A DNA stretch of 64,000 nucleotides from an uncultured Planctomycetia bacterium (GTDB lineage: Bacteria > Omnitrophota > Gorgyraeia > Duberdicusellales > 4484-171): the NCBI GenBank assembly GCA_964483625.1, contig CAZABB010000006.1, forward strand, positions 2,129 to 66,128, written 5' to 3'. The stretch's first letter is position 1, and every line of letters begins with the position of its first letter. The translations under genes were made by a program, and so were the position numbers. Under the pieces are notes generated by a model. It did no database searches. It was not told where the DNA came from and saw nothing but the letters and a program-made list of their open reading frames with translations. Below are positions 48,451-57,216 of the stretch, in pieces.

Positions 48451-48540
48451 AATGTTTCATCCTTCCTTTTATGCGCAGATGACCACAGAACAACCCTGCG
48501 AGCCCGGCGGATGATCGCTGATTTTTATCTGCGATGATCC

Positions 48541-48558
48541 CTGCCTGCCGGCAGGCAG
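48541..48558. repeat. 18-bp perfect palindrome CTGCCTGCCGGCAGGCAG flanked by ATCTGCGAT direct repeats
   Basis: Lies between the mnmE 3' end and the folE 5' end. Confidence 0.6.
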
Positions 48559-48594
48559 ATACGTCTCCTCATCTGCGATCCTCTGTGTCTCACC

Positions 48595-50040
48595 CTACTT
48601 CCCGATACAGAACCGGGTGAATATTTTATCCATTACCTCATCGTGCAATGTTTTACCCGTAAGCACATTCATTTTCGCGAATAATTCCCGCAAAGAGAAA
48701 TGAATGAAATCAAGCGAATGTCCGGCCCGATGGAATTGAAGAGCCTTCTCCACTTCCCGTTCCATCTGAACGAGAAGTTCCTTCTGCCATTGAGCCAAAA
48801 AGAGAACATCCTGATTTTTCGCGGTCCGGCCGGATGAAACCGCAGCCACAACAGCTTTCTCCAACGCGGCCATCCCTTTGTTTTTCAGAGCACTCATCTT
48901 GACCCGGCGCGCTTTCATTCGGTTTAACCGGTCACTCTTGAGCCGTTGCGGTAAATCGATTTTATTGAAAATGAGAATAACGTTCTTGTCCTGAACGGCA
49001 TCCAGCAAAAACCGGTCATGAGGGCCAAGCGGTTTTGAAGAATCAAGAACGATCAGGACAAGATCGGCTTCTTTGATCTTCCTCTGCGATTTCTCAATCG
49101 CCTTTTTGTCAATCAGATCCCTGGGTTCAAGGATGCCGGCGGTATCATGCATTTTAAGCGCCACACCGCGAATATATATCTCTTCCTGAATAACATCCCG
49201 AGTCGTTCCGGGAGTACGGGTTACAATAACCCGTTCCTGACGTAAGATGCGGTTGAACAGAGTCGACTTACCGACATTCGCTTTGCCGCAAATAACACAA
49301 TGTATATCCCCGCGGGCCAGATCACCCCGCCGGGCGTCTTCAAGAAAAATCTTAACCGTACGCCTTATGCTCTCCAGATGATTCCTGATCTCATCATCCG
49401 AAACGGCCGTTTCTTCTTCGTCTTCGGGGAACTGGAGGGAGGCTTCAACACGCATAACGAATTCGCTTATCTCATCAGACAGACGGCTGATTTTACGTGA
49501 ATACTCACCGCGCAGCTGAGCCGCCGCCTGAGCCAGTGCCGATTCATTTTTTGCCTCAACAATATCAACAATACTTTGCGCCTGAAGCAGATCAATTCTA
49601 CCTGAGATAAACGCCCGGTAGGTAAATTCGCCCGGCAATGCCAGCCGTACCCCGCGCTGGCAGAGCAGTTCCACGATTTTATTCACCGCCAGTGCGCCGC
49701 CGTGAGAAGAAATCTCTACCACATCCTGACGGGTATAGCTTTGGGGCTTGCGCATCATAGTAACCAGCACCTCATCTACCACCTTCGCTTTTTTCCCCAT
49801 CTTTGCTTTTTGATTTTTGATTTTTGATTTATCTACGATCCATCCGTAATGAACCGAAAATCCCCGCGCCCGGCGAATATCTTTCTTTTTTGCCGGCAAG
49901 AACAATGCCGCCACCTGAGAGATCGCGTCCGGACCGGACACTTTAATAACTCCCAGGGCCGCTTTTCCGGCAGAAGTCGCCACGGCGCAGATCGTATCGT
50001 TATGATTATACCGGCTTATACCGGATACCGGTTCAGACAT
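48595..50040 (-). CDS. mnmE: tRNA modification GTPase MnmE
   Basis: N-terminal TICAVATSAGKAAL, G domain GKANVGKSTLFN, C-terminal CIGK. Start at 50040 (MSEPVSG) preferred over 50079. Confidence 0.85.
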   Translation of the reverse strand: MSEPVSGISRYNHNDTICAVATSAGKAALGVIKVSGPDAISQVAALFLPAKKKDIRRARGFSVHYGWIVDKSKIKNQKAKMGKKAKVVDEVLVTMMRKPQSYTRQDVVEISSHGGALAVNKIVELLCQRGVRLALPGEFTYRAFISGRIDLLQAQSIVDIVEAKNESALAQAAAQLRGEYSRKISRLSDEISEFVMRVEASLQFPEDEEETAVSDDEIRNHLESIRRTVKIFLEDARRGDLARGDIHCVICGKANVGKSTLFNRILRQERVIVTRTPGTTRDVIQEEIYIRGVALKMHDTAGILEPRDLIDKKAIEKSQRKIKEADLVLIVLDSSKPLGPHDRFLLDAVQDKNVILIFNKIDLPQRLKSDRLNRMKARRVKMSALKNKGMAALEKAVVAAVSSGRTAKNQDVLFLAQWQKELLVQMEREVEKALQFHRAGHSLDFIHFSLRELFAKMNVLTGKTLHDEVMDKIFTRFCIGK

Positions 50041-51415
50041 ATGTTCTCGGCCTTCGTATCGCCCGTTTGGCATCGGCAACCAGGAAAAGTGATCCGGCCA
50101 CTACGATCATCGTTCCTTTCTTTCTACGGATCAAATCCCGCGCCAGGTCCAATGCCTGCCGGGAATCCCGGGCATAATGAGCCTTTTGTATTTTCGCTTT
50201 TCTCATAATTTCTTCCGGCGGCATACTGCGGGGATTCTGGAAGCGGGTCAAAATGATTTCTGCATAAGGTATCTTATGAATCATCCAGGCAACATCCTTA
50301 TCCGAAGAAGCTCCGAAAATAAAAACGATTTTTTCACCCCCGTAATAATCACATAGATTCTTTGCCAGCACTCCGAAGGCGGCCGGATTATGAGCAACAT
50401 CAAGAACAACCGGCGGATTGGTTCCGGCCAGCTCAAACCGGCCGGAGATAAACGCAGCCTTCATCCCGACACGAAATCCCTCGGACCCGTTGAGGACTCC
50501 CTCATCGTTCAGAACTCCCATCGCCGCAAGAGCTAGAGAAGCGTTCGTGATTTGACAAACTCCTTTCATCCCGATCTTTAGGCCCCGCAGGTGCTCGTCC
50601 TGCCGAGAAAAGTCAAACCGGGACTCCTCACTTCCCAGGATAACATTTTCAAAATCAAAATCGGTTCCCAGAAGAAAGACTTTCGATCGATTTCGTCGGC
50701 CGGCACGTTTGATTTCCCGTAAGACACCGGGGCGCTGATGGGAACTTACGACAGGAACATTCGGCTTGATAATCCCCGCTTTCTCGCGGGCAATCTCCGG
50801 AAGAGTTCCGCCCAGAACCTGCGTATGATCATAGTCGATCGAGGTTAAAATCGAGATGAGCGGTGTTACCACATTGGTCGCATCAAGCCTTCCGCCCAAT
50901 CCGGTTTCCAGAACGACAAAGTCGGGTTTTTTCTTCAGAAAATAACGCAATGCCAGGGCGGTATAGATTTCAAAAAACGTCGGAGTATCGTGCCCTCCGG
51001 CGCTTCTTATATTCTCCAGAACCGGTTTGAATTCAGCGATAATCGCGATAACCTCCGGGCGGGAGATCGAACTTACATGGATTCCTCCTGTTTTGCCTAT
51101 CGCCTTCTGTTTGCACCGACGGTAAAGGGCAATCCGTTCGGTCAGATCAAAAAAATGAGGCGACGTATAGAGTCCTACGCGATACCCCGATGCGGCAAGC
51201 ATTGAAACGCAGAAGGTCGCCGTCGAACCTTTTCCTTTGGTCCCCGCGATATGGATGTATTTCAGTCGAGAGTACTCGATGCCCAATCGCTTAAGCAGCA
51301 GACGCATTCTATCCAGCTTCATCGCCCGGGCGTAAGAATCTGGCGGCTTCTTCTCGTAATTGATAAACGAATCCAGATACGCGACTGTTTCCTTATAGTT
51401 CATGCATCGCTCCAT
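50033..51415 (-). CDS. folC: bifunctional folylpolyglutamate synthase/dihydrofolate synthase
   Basis: Mur-ligase P-loop HIAGTKGKGST. Confidence 0.8.
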   Translation of the reverse strand: MERCMNYKETVAYLDSFINYEKKPPDSYARAMKLDRMRLLLKRLGIEYSRLKYIHIAGTKGKGSTATFCVSMLAASGYRVGLYTSPHFFDLTERIALYRRCKQKAIGKTGGIHVSSISRPEVIAIIAEFKPVLENIRSAGGHDTPTFFEIYTALALRYFLKKKPDFVVLETGLGGRLDATNVVTPLISILTSIDYDHTQVLGGTLPEIAREKAGIIKPNVPVVSSHQRPGVLREIKRAGRRNRSKVFLLGTDFDFENVILGSEESRFDFSRQDEHLRGLKIGMKGVCQITNASLALAAMGVLNDEGVLNGSEGFRVGMKAAFISGRFELAGTNPPVVLDVAHNPAAFGVLAKNLCDYYGGEKIVFIFGASSDKDVAWMIHKIPYAEIILTRFQNPRSMPPEEIMRKAKIQKAHYARDSRQALDLARDLIRRKKGTMIVVAGSLFLVADAKRAIRRPRTYV

Positions 51416-51463
51416 GGTTCTACCGTGCTATCTCGGAACATTTTCGATCATCTGCGTGACGGA

Positions 51464-52978
51464 TCAGTGGCGGAAGTGACGGATACCCGTAAACACCATC
51501 GAAAGTTTGAGTTTATTACATAATTCGATTATCGACTGATCTTTAATCGACCCCCCCGGCTGAATAATCGCTTTGATTCCGTATCTCTTTATCAACTTTA
51601 CCGAATCGGGCTTAGGAAAGAATCCGTCCGATGCCAATACGGCACCTTTAACGGGTTTAGAGGCGTTGGCGATGGCGATTTTTACCGATCCCACCCGGGA
51701 AGGCTGTCCGCCGCCGATGCCCAGCGTCGCCCCACCTTTGGCAACAACAATGGCGTTGGACTTGACGAACTTAACCACCCGCCAGGCGAACAGCAGATCG
51801 GTCATTTCCCGCTGGGTAGGCTTTCTTTTTGTAACCACTTTCATCTGGTTTTTCTCCAGGATCGCCGTATTGTTATCCTGAATCAAGTATCCGAAAATCG
51901 TGCGTTTGATATCTTTATTATTGGCAACCTTAGAAAAATTCATCTCAAGAACACGCAGATTTTTCTTGGCTGAAAAGAGCTTCAAGGCTTCCTTGGAATA
52001 AGACGGGGCGATAATACATTCTTTGAAATCACTCTTTAATATTTTCTGCGCCGTTTTCCCGTCAATCTTGCGGTTTACCCCCACAATCCCTCCGAAACTC
52101 GAAATCGGATCGCACTTATACGCGCTCTCATACGCGCGATTGAGTTTTTTATTGCAGGCGACACCGCAGGGAGAAGAATGCTTCAAGACGGCAACCGCCG
52201 GTTCGTTGAAACTTTTCACGATAGCGAAAGCCGTATCCAGATCGCACAGATTGTTAAAGGAAAGCGGTTTTCCCTGTATCTGGGTATACTCGACACCTTC
52301 TGTCCCCGAAAGTCTATACAACCCGGCTTTCTGATGAGGGTTTTCTCCGTAACGCAAAGAAGCGGATTTCTCCATGTCCCACACCAGCATATCCTGTTTT
52401 TTCAAAAAACTGAAAATCGCCGCATCATATTCTTTGGTCAACCGGAATATCTCACAGGCAAAATCACGGGAAGTCGCCTCATTTAGCATCCCTTTCTGGT
52501 TTTCCAATTCATCGATGATTCTGCGATACTGGGAAGGCGAAGAGACCGGAATGGTATTTTTGAAATTCTTCGCGGCCGCCCGCAACATCGCCGGGCCGCC
52601 GATATCGACATACTCCATCATCTGATCAAAGGTAAGCTTCTCTTTCAGCATCCGCCGGAACGGATAGAAATTCACGATAACCATATCGATCGAGTCGATT
52701 TCGAGATTCCTCATTTCCTCCATATGCAAAGGATTCCGTTTATTAGCCAGAATCCCGCCGAAAATCTTAGGATGAAGGGTCTTCACCCGTCCGGAAAGAA
52801 TTTCCGGGAACTCGGCAAGAGAAGACACCTTTTTGACCGGAACTCCGCCTTTGGTCAATAACGCCGCGGTCTTTCCCGTAGAGATAATTTCGACATTGAA
52901 TTTCTTGAGCTTCCGGGCGAACTCAAGAAGCCCTTTTTTATTCCATACACTGATCAACGCTCTTCTTACTTTAATCAT
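51464..52978 (-). CDS. purH: bifunctional AICAR formyltransferase/IMP cyclohydrolase
   Basis: MGS-like N-domain ALISVWNKKGL and AICARFT C-domain. ATG at 52978 preferred over the TTG at 52984. Confidence 0.85.
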   Translation of the reverse strand: MIKVRRALISVWNKKGLLEFARKLKKFNVEIISTGKTAALLTKGGVPVKKVSSLAEFPEILSGRVKTLHPKIFGGILANKRNPLHMEEMRNLEIDSIDMVIVNFYPFRRMLKEKLTFDQMMEYVDIGGPAMLRAAAKNFKNTIPVSSPSQYRRIIDELENQKGMLNEATSRDFACEIFRLTKEYDAAIFSFLKKQDMLVWDMEKSASLRYGENPHQKAGLYRLSGTEGVEYTQIQGKPLSFNNLCDLDTAFAIVKSFNEPAVAVLKHSSPCGVACNKKLNRAYESAYKCDPISSFGGIVGVNRKIDGKTAQKILKSDFKECIIAPSYSKEALKLFSAKKNLRVLEMNFSKVANNKDIKRTIFGYLIQDNNTAILEKNQMKVVTKRKPTQREMTDLLFAWRVVKFVKSNAIVVAKGGATLGIGGGQPSRVGSVKIAIANASKPVKGAVLASDGFFPKPDSVKLIKRYGIKAIIQPGGSIKDQSIIELCNKLKLSMVFTGIRHFRH

Positions 52979-52986
52979 ATACAAAT

Positions 52987-53075
52987 GATTACGGTGATTA
53001 TCCCGGGATTACGGTGATTAAAAACAAAAATGTTTTTTCATCACTGTAATCATGCTCTTTTAAATCACTGCAATC
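52987..53075. promoter_or_regulatory. operator-like array: GATTACGGTGATTA x2 (direct) + ATCACTGTAATC / ATCACTGCAATC (inverted)
   Basis: Four copies of a 12-14-bp motif in both orientations around an ATCCCGGGAT palindrome, directly upstream of the purH start. Confidence 0.5.
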
Positions 53076-53080
53076 CCTCC

Positions 53081-53776
53081 TTACACATTAAATTTCACCT
53101 CAATAATATCTTCCGCCTGGATGAGGTATTCTTTGCCTACCGTCTGGACCAATCCTTTCGCCCGGGCTTCGGCCATGTTGAAAAACTTATCCAGATCGGC
53201 CGCTTTGGTCACATCAGCCTTGATGAACCCGCGAGCCAGGTCACTGTGAATACGCCCCGCCGCCTCAACAACTGTCGCCCCTTGTTTCACACTCCAGGCG
53301 TGAACTTCTTTTTTCCCGGCGGTAAAAAATAAAAAGACCTGCGCTTTTTTCAGTAGATCGGCGATAAGTTTATCCCGATCCTCTCCTCTCTCAACAGCCA
53401 GAGACGGCTTATAGGTGCCAAAAGAAAGATTCTTTAACAAGCCATGCTCTTCTTCTGTGAATTCACCGTGGGCATCACAGAGAAGCACCTCGCGTTCAAG
53501 CAGTCCCTGCGCTTTCTCCAGTATAGACTGTTCCTTTTGCTCCGGGCCGCGTTGGAGGCGTTTTTCTATTTTTTCCAGATCAAAGAACACATAGTCAAAC
53601 TGTCGAACTTTGGCGTATATGACCGCGTCGGCTTTCTCGAAATCCTCGCCGATAAATTCGACCGTGTACGGTGTTGCTTTTTGAGGAGAAAACTTCTCGA
53701 CGAGCGTATCGAACGTTTGACAATGATATTTATGTTTCCCGGGTTGGACGTCCAAACCAAAGCTGGCAATCTTCAT
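53081..53776 (-). CDS. YchF-like protein lacking the G domain (coiled-coil + TGS domain)
   Basis: The C-terminal 80 aa (FFTAGKKEVHAWSVKQGATVVEAAGRIHSDLARGFIKAD...YLIQAEDIIEVKFNV) match the YchF TGS domain. The N-terminus GLDVQPGKHK is a degenerate P-loop. No G2-G4 region. Confidence 0.5.
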   Translation of the reverse strand: MKIASFGLDVQPGKHKYHCQTFDTLVEKFSPQKATPYTVEFIGEDFEKADAVIYAKVRQFDYVFFDLEKIEKRLQRGPEQKEQSILEKAQGLLEREVLLCDAHGEFTEEEHGLLKNLSFGTYKPSLAVERGEDRDKLIADLLKKAQVFLFFTAGKKEVHAWSVKQGATVVEAAGRIHSDLARGFIKADVTKAADLDKFFNMAEARAKGLVQTVGKEYLIQAEDIIEVKFNV

Positions 53777-55776
53777 CCGTCTTCTTTTTTGGCATCTTTG
53801 GCTTGTTGAATAATCGCCTGGGCAATACGCTGCGGGACAACGTCATAATGAGAAAATTGCATGGTATAACTGCCGCGGCCGCCGGTAACCGAACGTAAAT
53901 CGGAAGCGTACTTAAACATTTCCGCCAGGGGAATCTTTGCCTTCACAATTTCGTTTTTCCCTCGCATCTCCATCCCCATGACCCGGCCCCGGCGGGAATT
54001 GATATCTCCGGTAATCTGCCCCATGAATTCTTCCGGAACGACGATCTCCACGTTCATGATCGGCTCGATAAGAACCGTTTCACTCTGCTCCATCGCTTTT
54101 TTTAAAGCCATCGACCCGGCAATTTGAAAAGACATATCGGATGAATCTACGGGGTGGTATGATCCATCAAAAAGCGTTACCCGGATATCGGATACCGGGA
54201 ATCCGGCAAGAATCCCCGCCTGCATTGCTTTCTTAATTCCTTTTTCCACCGAAGGAATAAAGTTGCGCGGAATTGCGCCGCCGACGATTTTATCGACAAA
54301 TTCAAAATTCTTGCCTCTTTCCAGCGGCTCAACCTCGATAGAAACGTCCCCGTACTGGCCGTGCCCCCCGGTCTGCTTTTTATATTTCGACTGGACTTTT
54401 ACGGGTTTACTCACCGTTTCTCTGTAAGGGACTTTAGGGGTCCCTAAATCGACATTCGCGCCGTATTTGCGTTTCATCCGCTCAATGATGACGTTTAAAT
54501 GCAATTCCCCCATCCCGGAGATAATCAGTTCTTTGGTCTGTTCGTCACGGGAAACACAAAAAGTAGGATCTTCACTGGTCAGACGCGAAAGCGCCGTGGA
54601 TATTTTTTCCTCATCTTTACGCGATTTTGGTTTGACCGATGCCGAATAGACCGGCGAGGGAAATACCAACTCGGGAAAGACGAAATTCTTGCCCGCGGTA
54701 GCCAGAGTATCCTGTGTATGCGTGTCTTTTAACTTTGCCACCGCAACAATATCTCCCGCGGAAACCTGCTCTTTCGCGATCTGCTGTTTGCCCTGCAAGG
54801 CAAATATCTGGCCGACCTTTTCTTTGGTCTGAGTCGTTACGTTATACATGTCCGAACTGGCCGAGAGGGTACCGGAAAATATCCGAAAAATACTCATTTG
54901 CCCCACAAAAGGGTCGATCACCGTCTTAAACACTTGAGCGGCAAATTCTCCGCCAGCGTCAGGCTCAACGGTCATCTCGTTTCCCTCAGACGTTTTTACC
55001 GTACGCGGCAGGGCATCGGAAACCGCCGGCATTTCCTTACGGATAAAATCGATTAAAAACTGAACACCGGTCTCCTCAACCGCCACACCTCCCAATATAG
55101 GAAATACTTTTGAATGCACGATTGCTTTACGTAACGCCGGGACAAATTCGGCTTCCTCCAGCGCTCCGGTTTCAAGGTACTTCTCCAAAAGCGCATCATC
55201 ACTTTCGGCAACTTTTTCCACGATCTGCCCGTAGGCGTCACTGAAAGCATCTTTCTGTTCGATAACTCCCGCGACCTTACCCGACTCAACGACGGCAATA
55301 GGCACGGCGTCTTTGGTAAGCGTTTCTCGGATCTCTTTTACCAGAGAAGCATAATCGCTTGTCGCTTTATCCATTTTATTAATGAAAAACAGACAGGGAA
55401 GATTTTCCCGCCGGGCCAGATCCCAGGCTTTCTCGGTACCCACCTCAACGCCGGCCGCGGCATCAACCACAATGACCACAAAATCGACGGCACGAACGGC
55501 CGCGCAGAGTTCTCCGACAAAGTCAAGATATCCCGGCACGTCGATAAACTGGAAAGAATAGTCCTTTCCTTCGGCATTCACGACCGAAAGGTTGATCGAG
55601 CTCCTCCGGTCCTTCTCATCCTCTTCATGATCGCTGATACTGGTCCCGTCATCGACTTTACCGAACCGGGAAGATGCGCCTAATTTATACAGGATTGCTT
55701 CGATAAGAGAGGTCTTGCCGCTCTGGGCATGCCCACATAACAAGAAGGTAAATTTTTGCGCGAGGTTTGTACTCAT
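53773..55776 (-). CDS. elongation factor G-family GTPase (EF-G paralog)
   Basis: G1 GHAQSGKTSL, G3 DVPGYLDF, G4 NKMD. EF-G domains II-V present. 667 aa. Confidence 0.75.
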   Translation of the reverse strand: MSTNLAQKFTFLLCGHAQSGKTSLIEAILYKLGASSRFGKVDDGTSISDHEEDEKDRRSSINLSVVNAEGKDYSFQFIDVPGYLDFVGELCAAVRAVDFVVIVVDAAAGVEVGTEKAWDLARRENLPCLFFINKMDKATSDYASLVKEIRETLTKDAVPIAVVESGKVAGVIEQKDAFSDAYGQIVEKVAESDDALLEKYLETGALEEAEFVPALRKAIVHSKVFPILGGVAVEETGVQFLIDFIRKEMPAVSDALPRTVKTSEGNEMTVEPDAGGEFAAQVFKTVIDPFVGQMSIFRIFSGTLSASSDMYNVTTQTKEKVGQIFALQGKQQIAKEQVSAGDIVAVAKLKDTHTQDTLATAGKNFVFPELVFPSPVYSASVKPKSRKDEEKISTALSRLTSEDPTFCVSRDEQTKELIISGMGELHLNVIIERMKRKYGANVDLGTPKVPYRETVSKPVKVQSKYKKQTGGHGQYGDVSIEVEPLERGKNFEFVDKIVGGAIPRNFIPSVEKGIKKAMQAGILAGFPVSDIRVTLFDGSYHPVDSSDMSFQIAGSMALKKAMEQSETVLIEPIMNVEIVVPEEFMGQITGDINSRRGRVMGMEMRGKNEIVKAKIPLAEMFKYASDLRSVTGGRGSYTMQFSHYDVVPQRIAQAIIQQAKDAKKEDG

Positions 55777-55916
55777 AATCTACATTTGAACGTAATGGTC
55801 AATTATAGTAAAAATATCGTTCTTCGTCAATGGCGGTTTTATTATTATCCCTAAATTATTACCAATGAATGGGTTAGATGAAATAATCGAGGGGATTTTA
55901 CGGGGATTTTACGGTG

Positions 55917-56159
55917 TTATTTAAGAACGCCGCCGGGAATGATTCCTTTTTGGGCGACCGGGGATGTTACGACTTTCCCCGCGGTATGAGCGATCTTTGC
56001 CGTTGATTCGACGACTTTTCCGGTTGTCGTCACGACTTTCCCCGCGGTATCGATCGCTTCCCCGGGAATTTTAAGCAGAACACAGCCGGTGAAAATGAAT
56101 ATACACCATCCCGCCAAAAACATCCTGTTTATCACCATTAATCGATATTCATTATTCAT
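55917..56159 (-). CDS. small lipoprotein-like repeat protein
   Basis: FIFTGC lipobox-like motif with (TAGKVVT)n repeats. Confidence 0.3.
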   Translation of the reverse strand: MNNEYRLMVINRMFLAGWCIFIFTGCVLLKIPGEAIDTAGKVVTTTGKVVESTAKIAHTAGKVVTSPVAQKGIIPGGVLK

Positions 56160-56171
56160 GATGGATAGGAT

Positions 56172-56678
56172 CTACCGAAATAATCCGGCATAGAGAGAAT
56201 CCCGGTACATACGAATTTTTTTCAGTTTGAGCAGGTGCTTTTCCTCTTCGCCGATGATCAGGCTCAACGTATCCCGAGCCGGTTTCTCTTTAACGTATTC
56301 CCGGACTTTCTGATAAAAAATAAGCGTGTTTATCTCAACATCCATCGCCAGCTTAAGCAATCTCACATGCGCATTCTTTTGCTGGACGGCCGTATCCCGA
56401 ACCTCAGAGACATCGAAAAACGCCATCCCGCGCATAAAGGCATCAAGCAGATCCTCAAACTGGCTGTCGGCTTTAAACGATCCTTTGCGGCGGCGGGTCC
56501 GATTGGCCAGCCGGGTAAACCGCCGGGCATGTTTTATTTCCTGGTCCCGCAAATACACAAACAGTTTCTGCAGCTGTTTATCAGTAGTCAGACGCAGCGC
56601 TTTCTCATAGAATATTTCTCCCTGCTGCTCGATATTCACCGCCCACCTCAGGATATCATCGAACGCATACTTCGCCAT
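56172..56678 (-). CDS. ferritin-like (rubrerythrin-family) domain protein
   Basis: ExxH pairs (EIKHARRF, EEEKHLLKL). Confidence 0.55.
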   Translation of the reverse strand: MAKYAFDDILRWAVNIEQQGEIFYEKALRLTTDKQLQKLFVYLRDQEIKHARRFTRLANRTRRRKGSFKADSQFEDLLDAFMRGMAFFDVSEVRDTAVQQKNAHVRLLKLAMDVEINTLIFYQKVREYVKEKPARDTLSLIIGEEEKHLLKLKKIRMYRDSLYAGLFR

Positions 56679-56685
56679 TGTTCGT

Positions 56686-57189
56686 TTACACCCCCTTCTC
56701 TATCTTGAGGATATTCACAAGGAGTTCTTTATGTTTTTCTTCCTGGGAAATGATCTCATCCAGTTCTTTTCGGGTATCAGCAATGACATGTTCGGCGCAC
56801 GCCCGATAGAACGCTATGGATTTATCTTCAATGATCACCCCCAGATTAAGCGCCCGGCCGACATCGCTGATCACCTCACACATTTCTTTCATCTGATTGT
56901 ACGGTTCATAGATGCCGAAATCCATACTACCCAGGAGATCATTATCCTCGCCGGGATCCGGTTCTTTTTGTCTGAGTTCAGTAAGGGCGTTCTCGAAAAA
57001 CGAAAGATGTTTTCTCTCCTCTTCGATAAGGAATTTCAGCATCGACTGAGCCTTCTCATCGTGAGTACATGCGAGAACTTTTTCGTAAAAACTGATGCCC
57101 TGTTTTTCGACCGCAAGCGCCATCCGATAGGCGTCAAATCCGCTGAAATCGGTAATCACCGGTTTGCCGTCATGTATTTTTATTTGCAT
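56686..57189 (-). CDS. ferritin-like (rubrerythrin-family) domain protein, tandem paralog
   Basis: EEERKHLSFF and EEKHKELL motifs, same architecture as the neighbour. Confidence 0.55.
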   Translation of the reverse strand: MQIKIHDGKPVITDFSGFDAYRMALAVEKQGISFYEKVLACTHDEKAQSMLKFLIEEERKHLSFFENALTELRQKEPDPGEDNDLLGSMDFGIYEPYNQMKEMCEVISDVGRALNLGVIIEDKSIAFYRACAEHVIADTRKELDEIISQEEKHKELLVNILKIEKGV

Positions 57190-57216
57190 CGTTCGTCCTC
57201 CTCTTAGAATTCAGTA

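Noticed and set aside
53773-55776. EF-G paralog as a Tet(M)/Tet(O)-type ribosomal protection gene
   Set aside because: It lies in core chromosome context next to a YchF-like gene with no mobile-element hallmarks. The G motifs fit the generic EF-G family and I cannot assign a Tet class from sequence alone.
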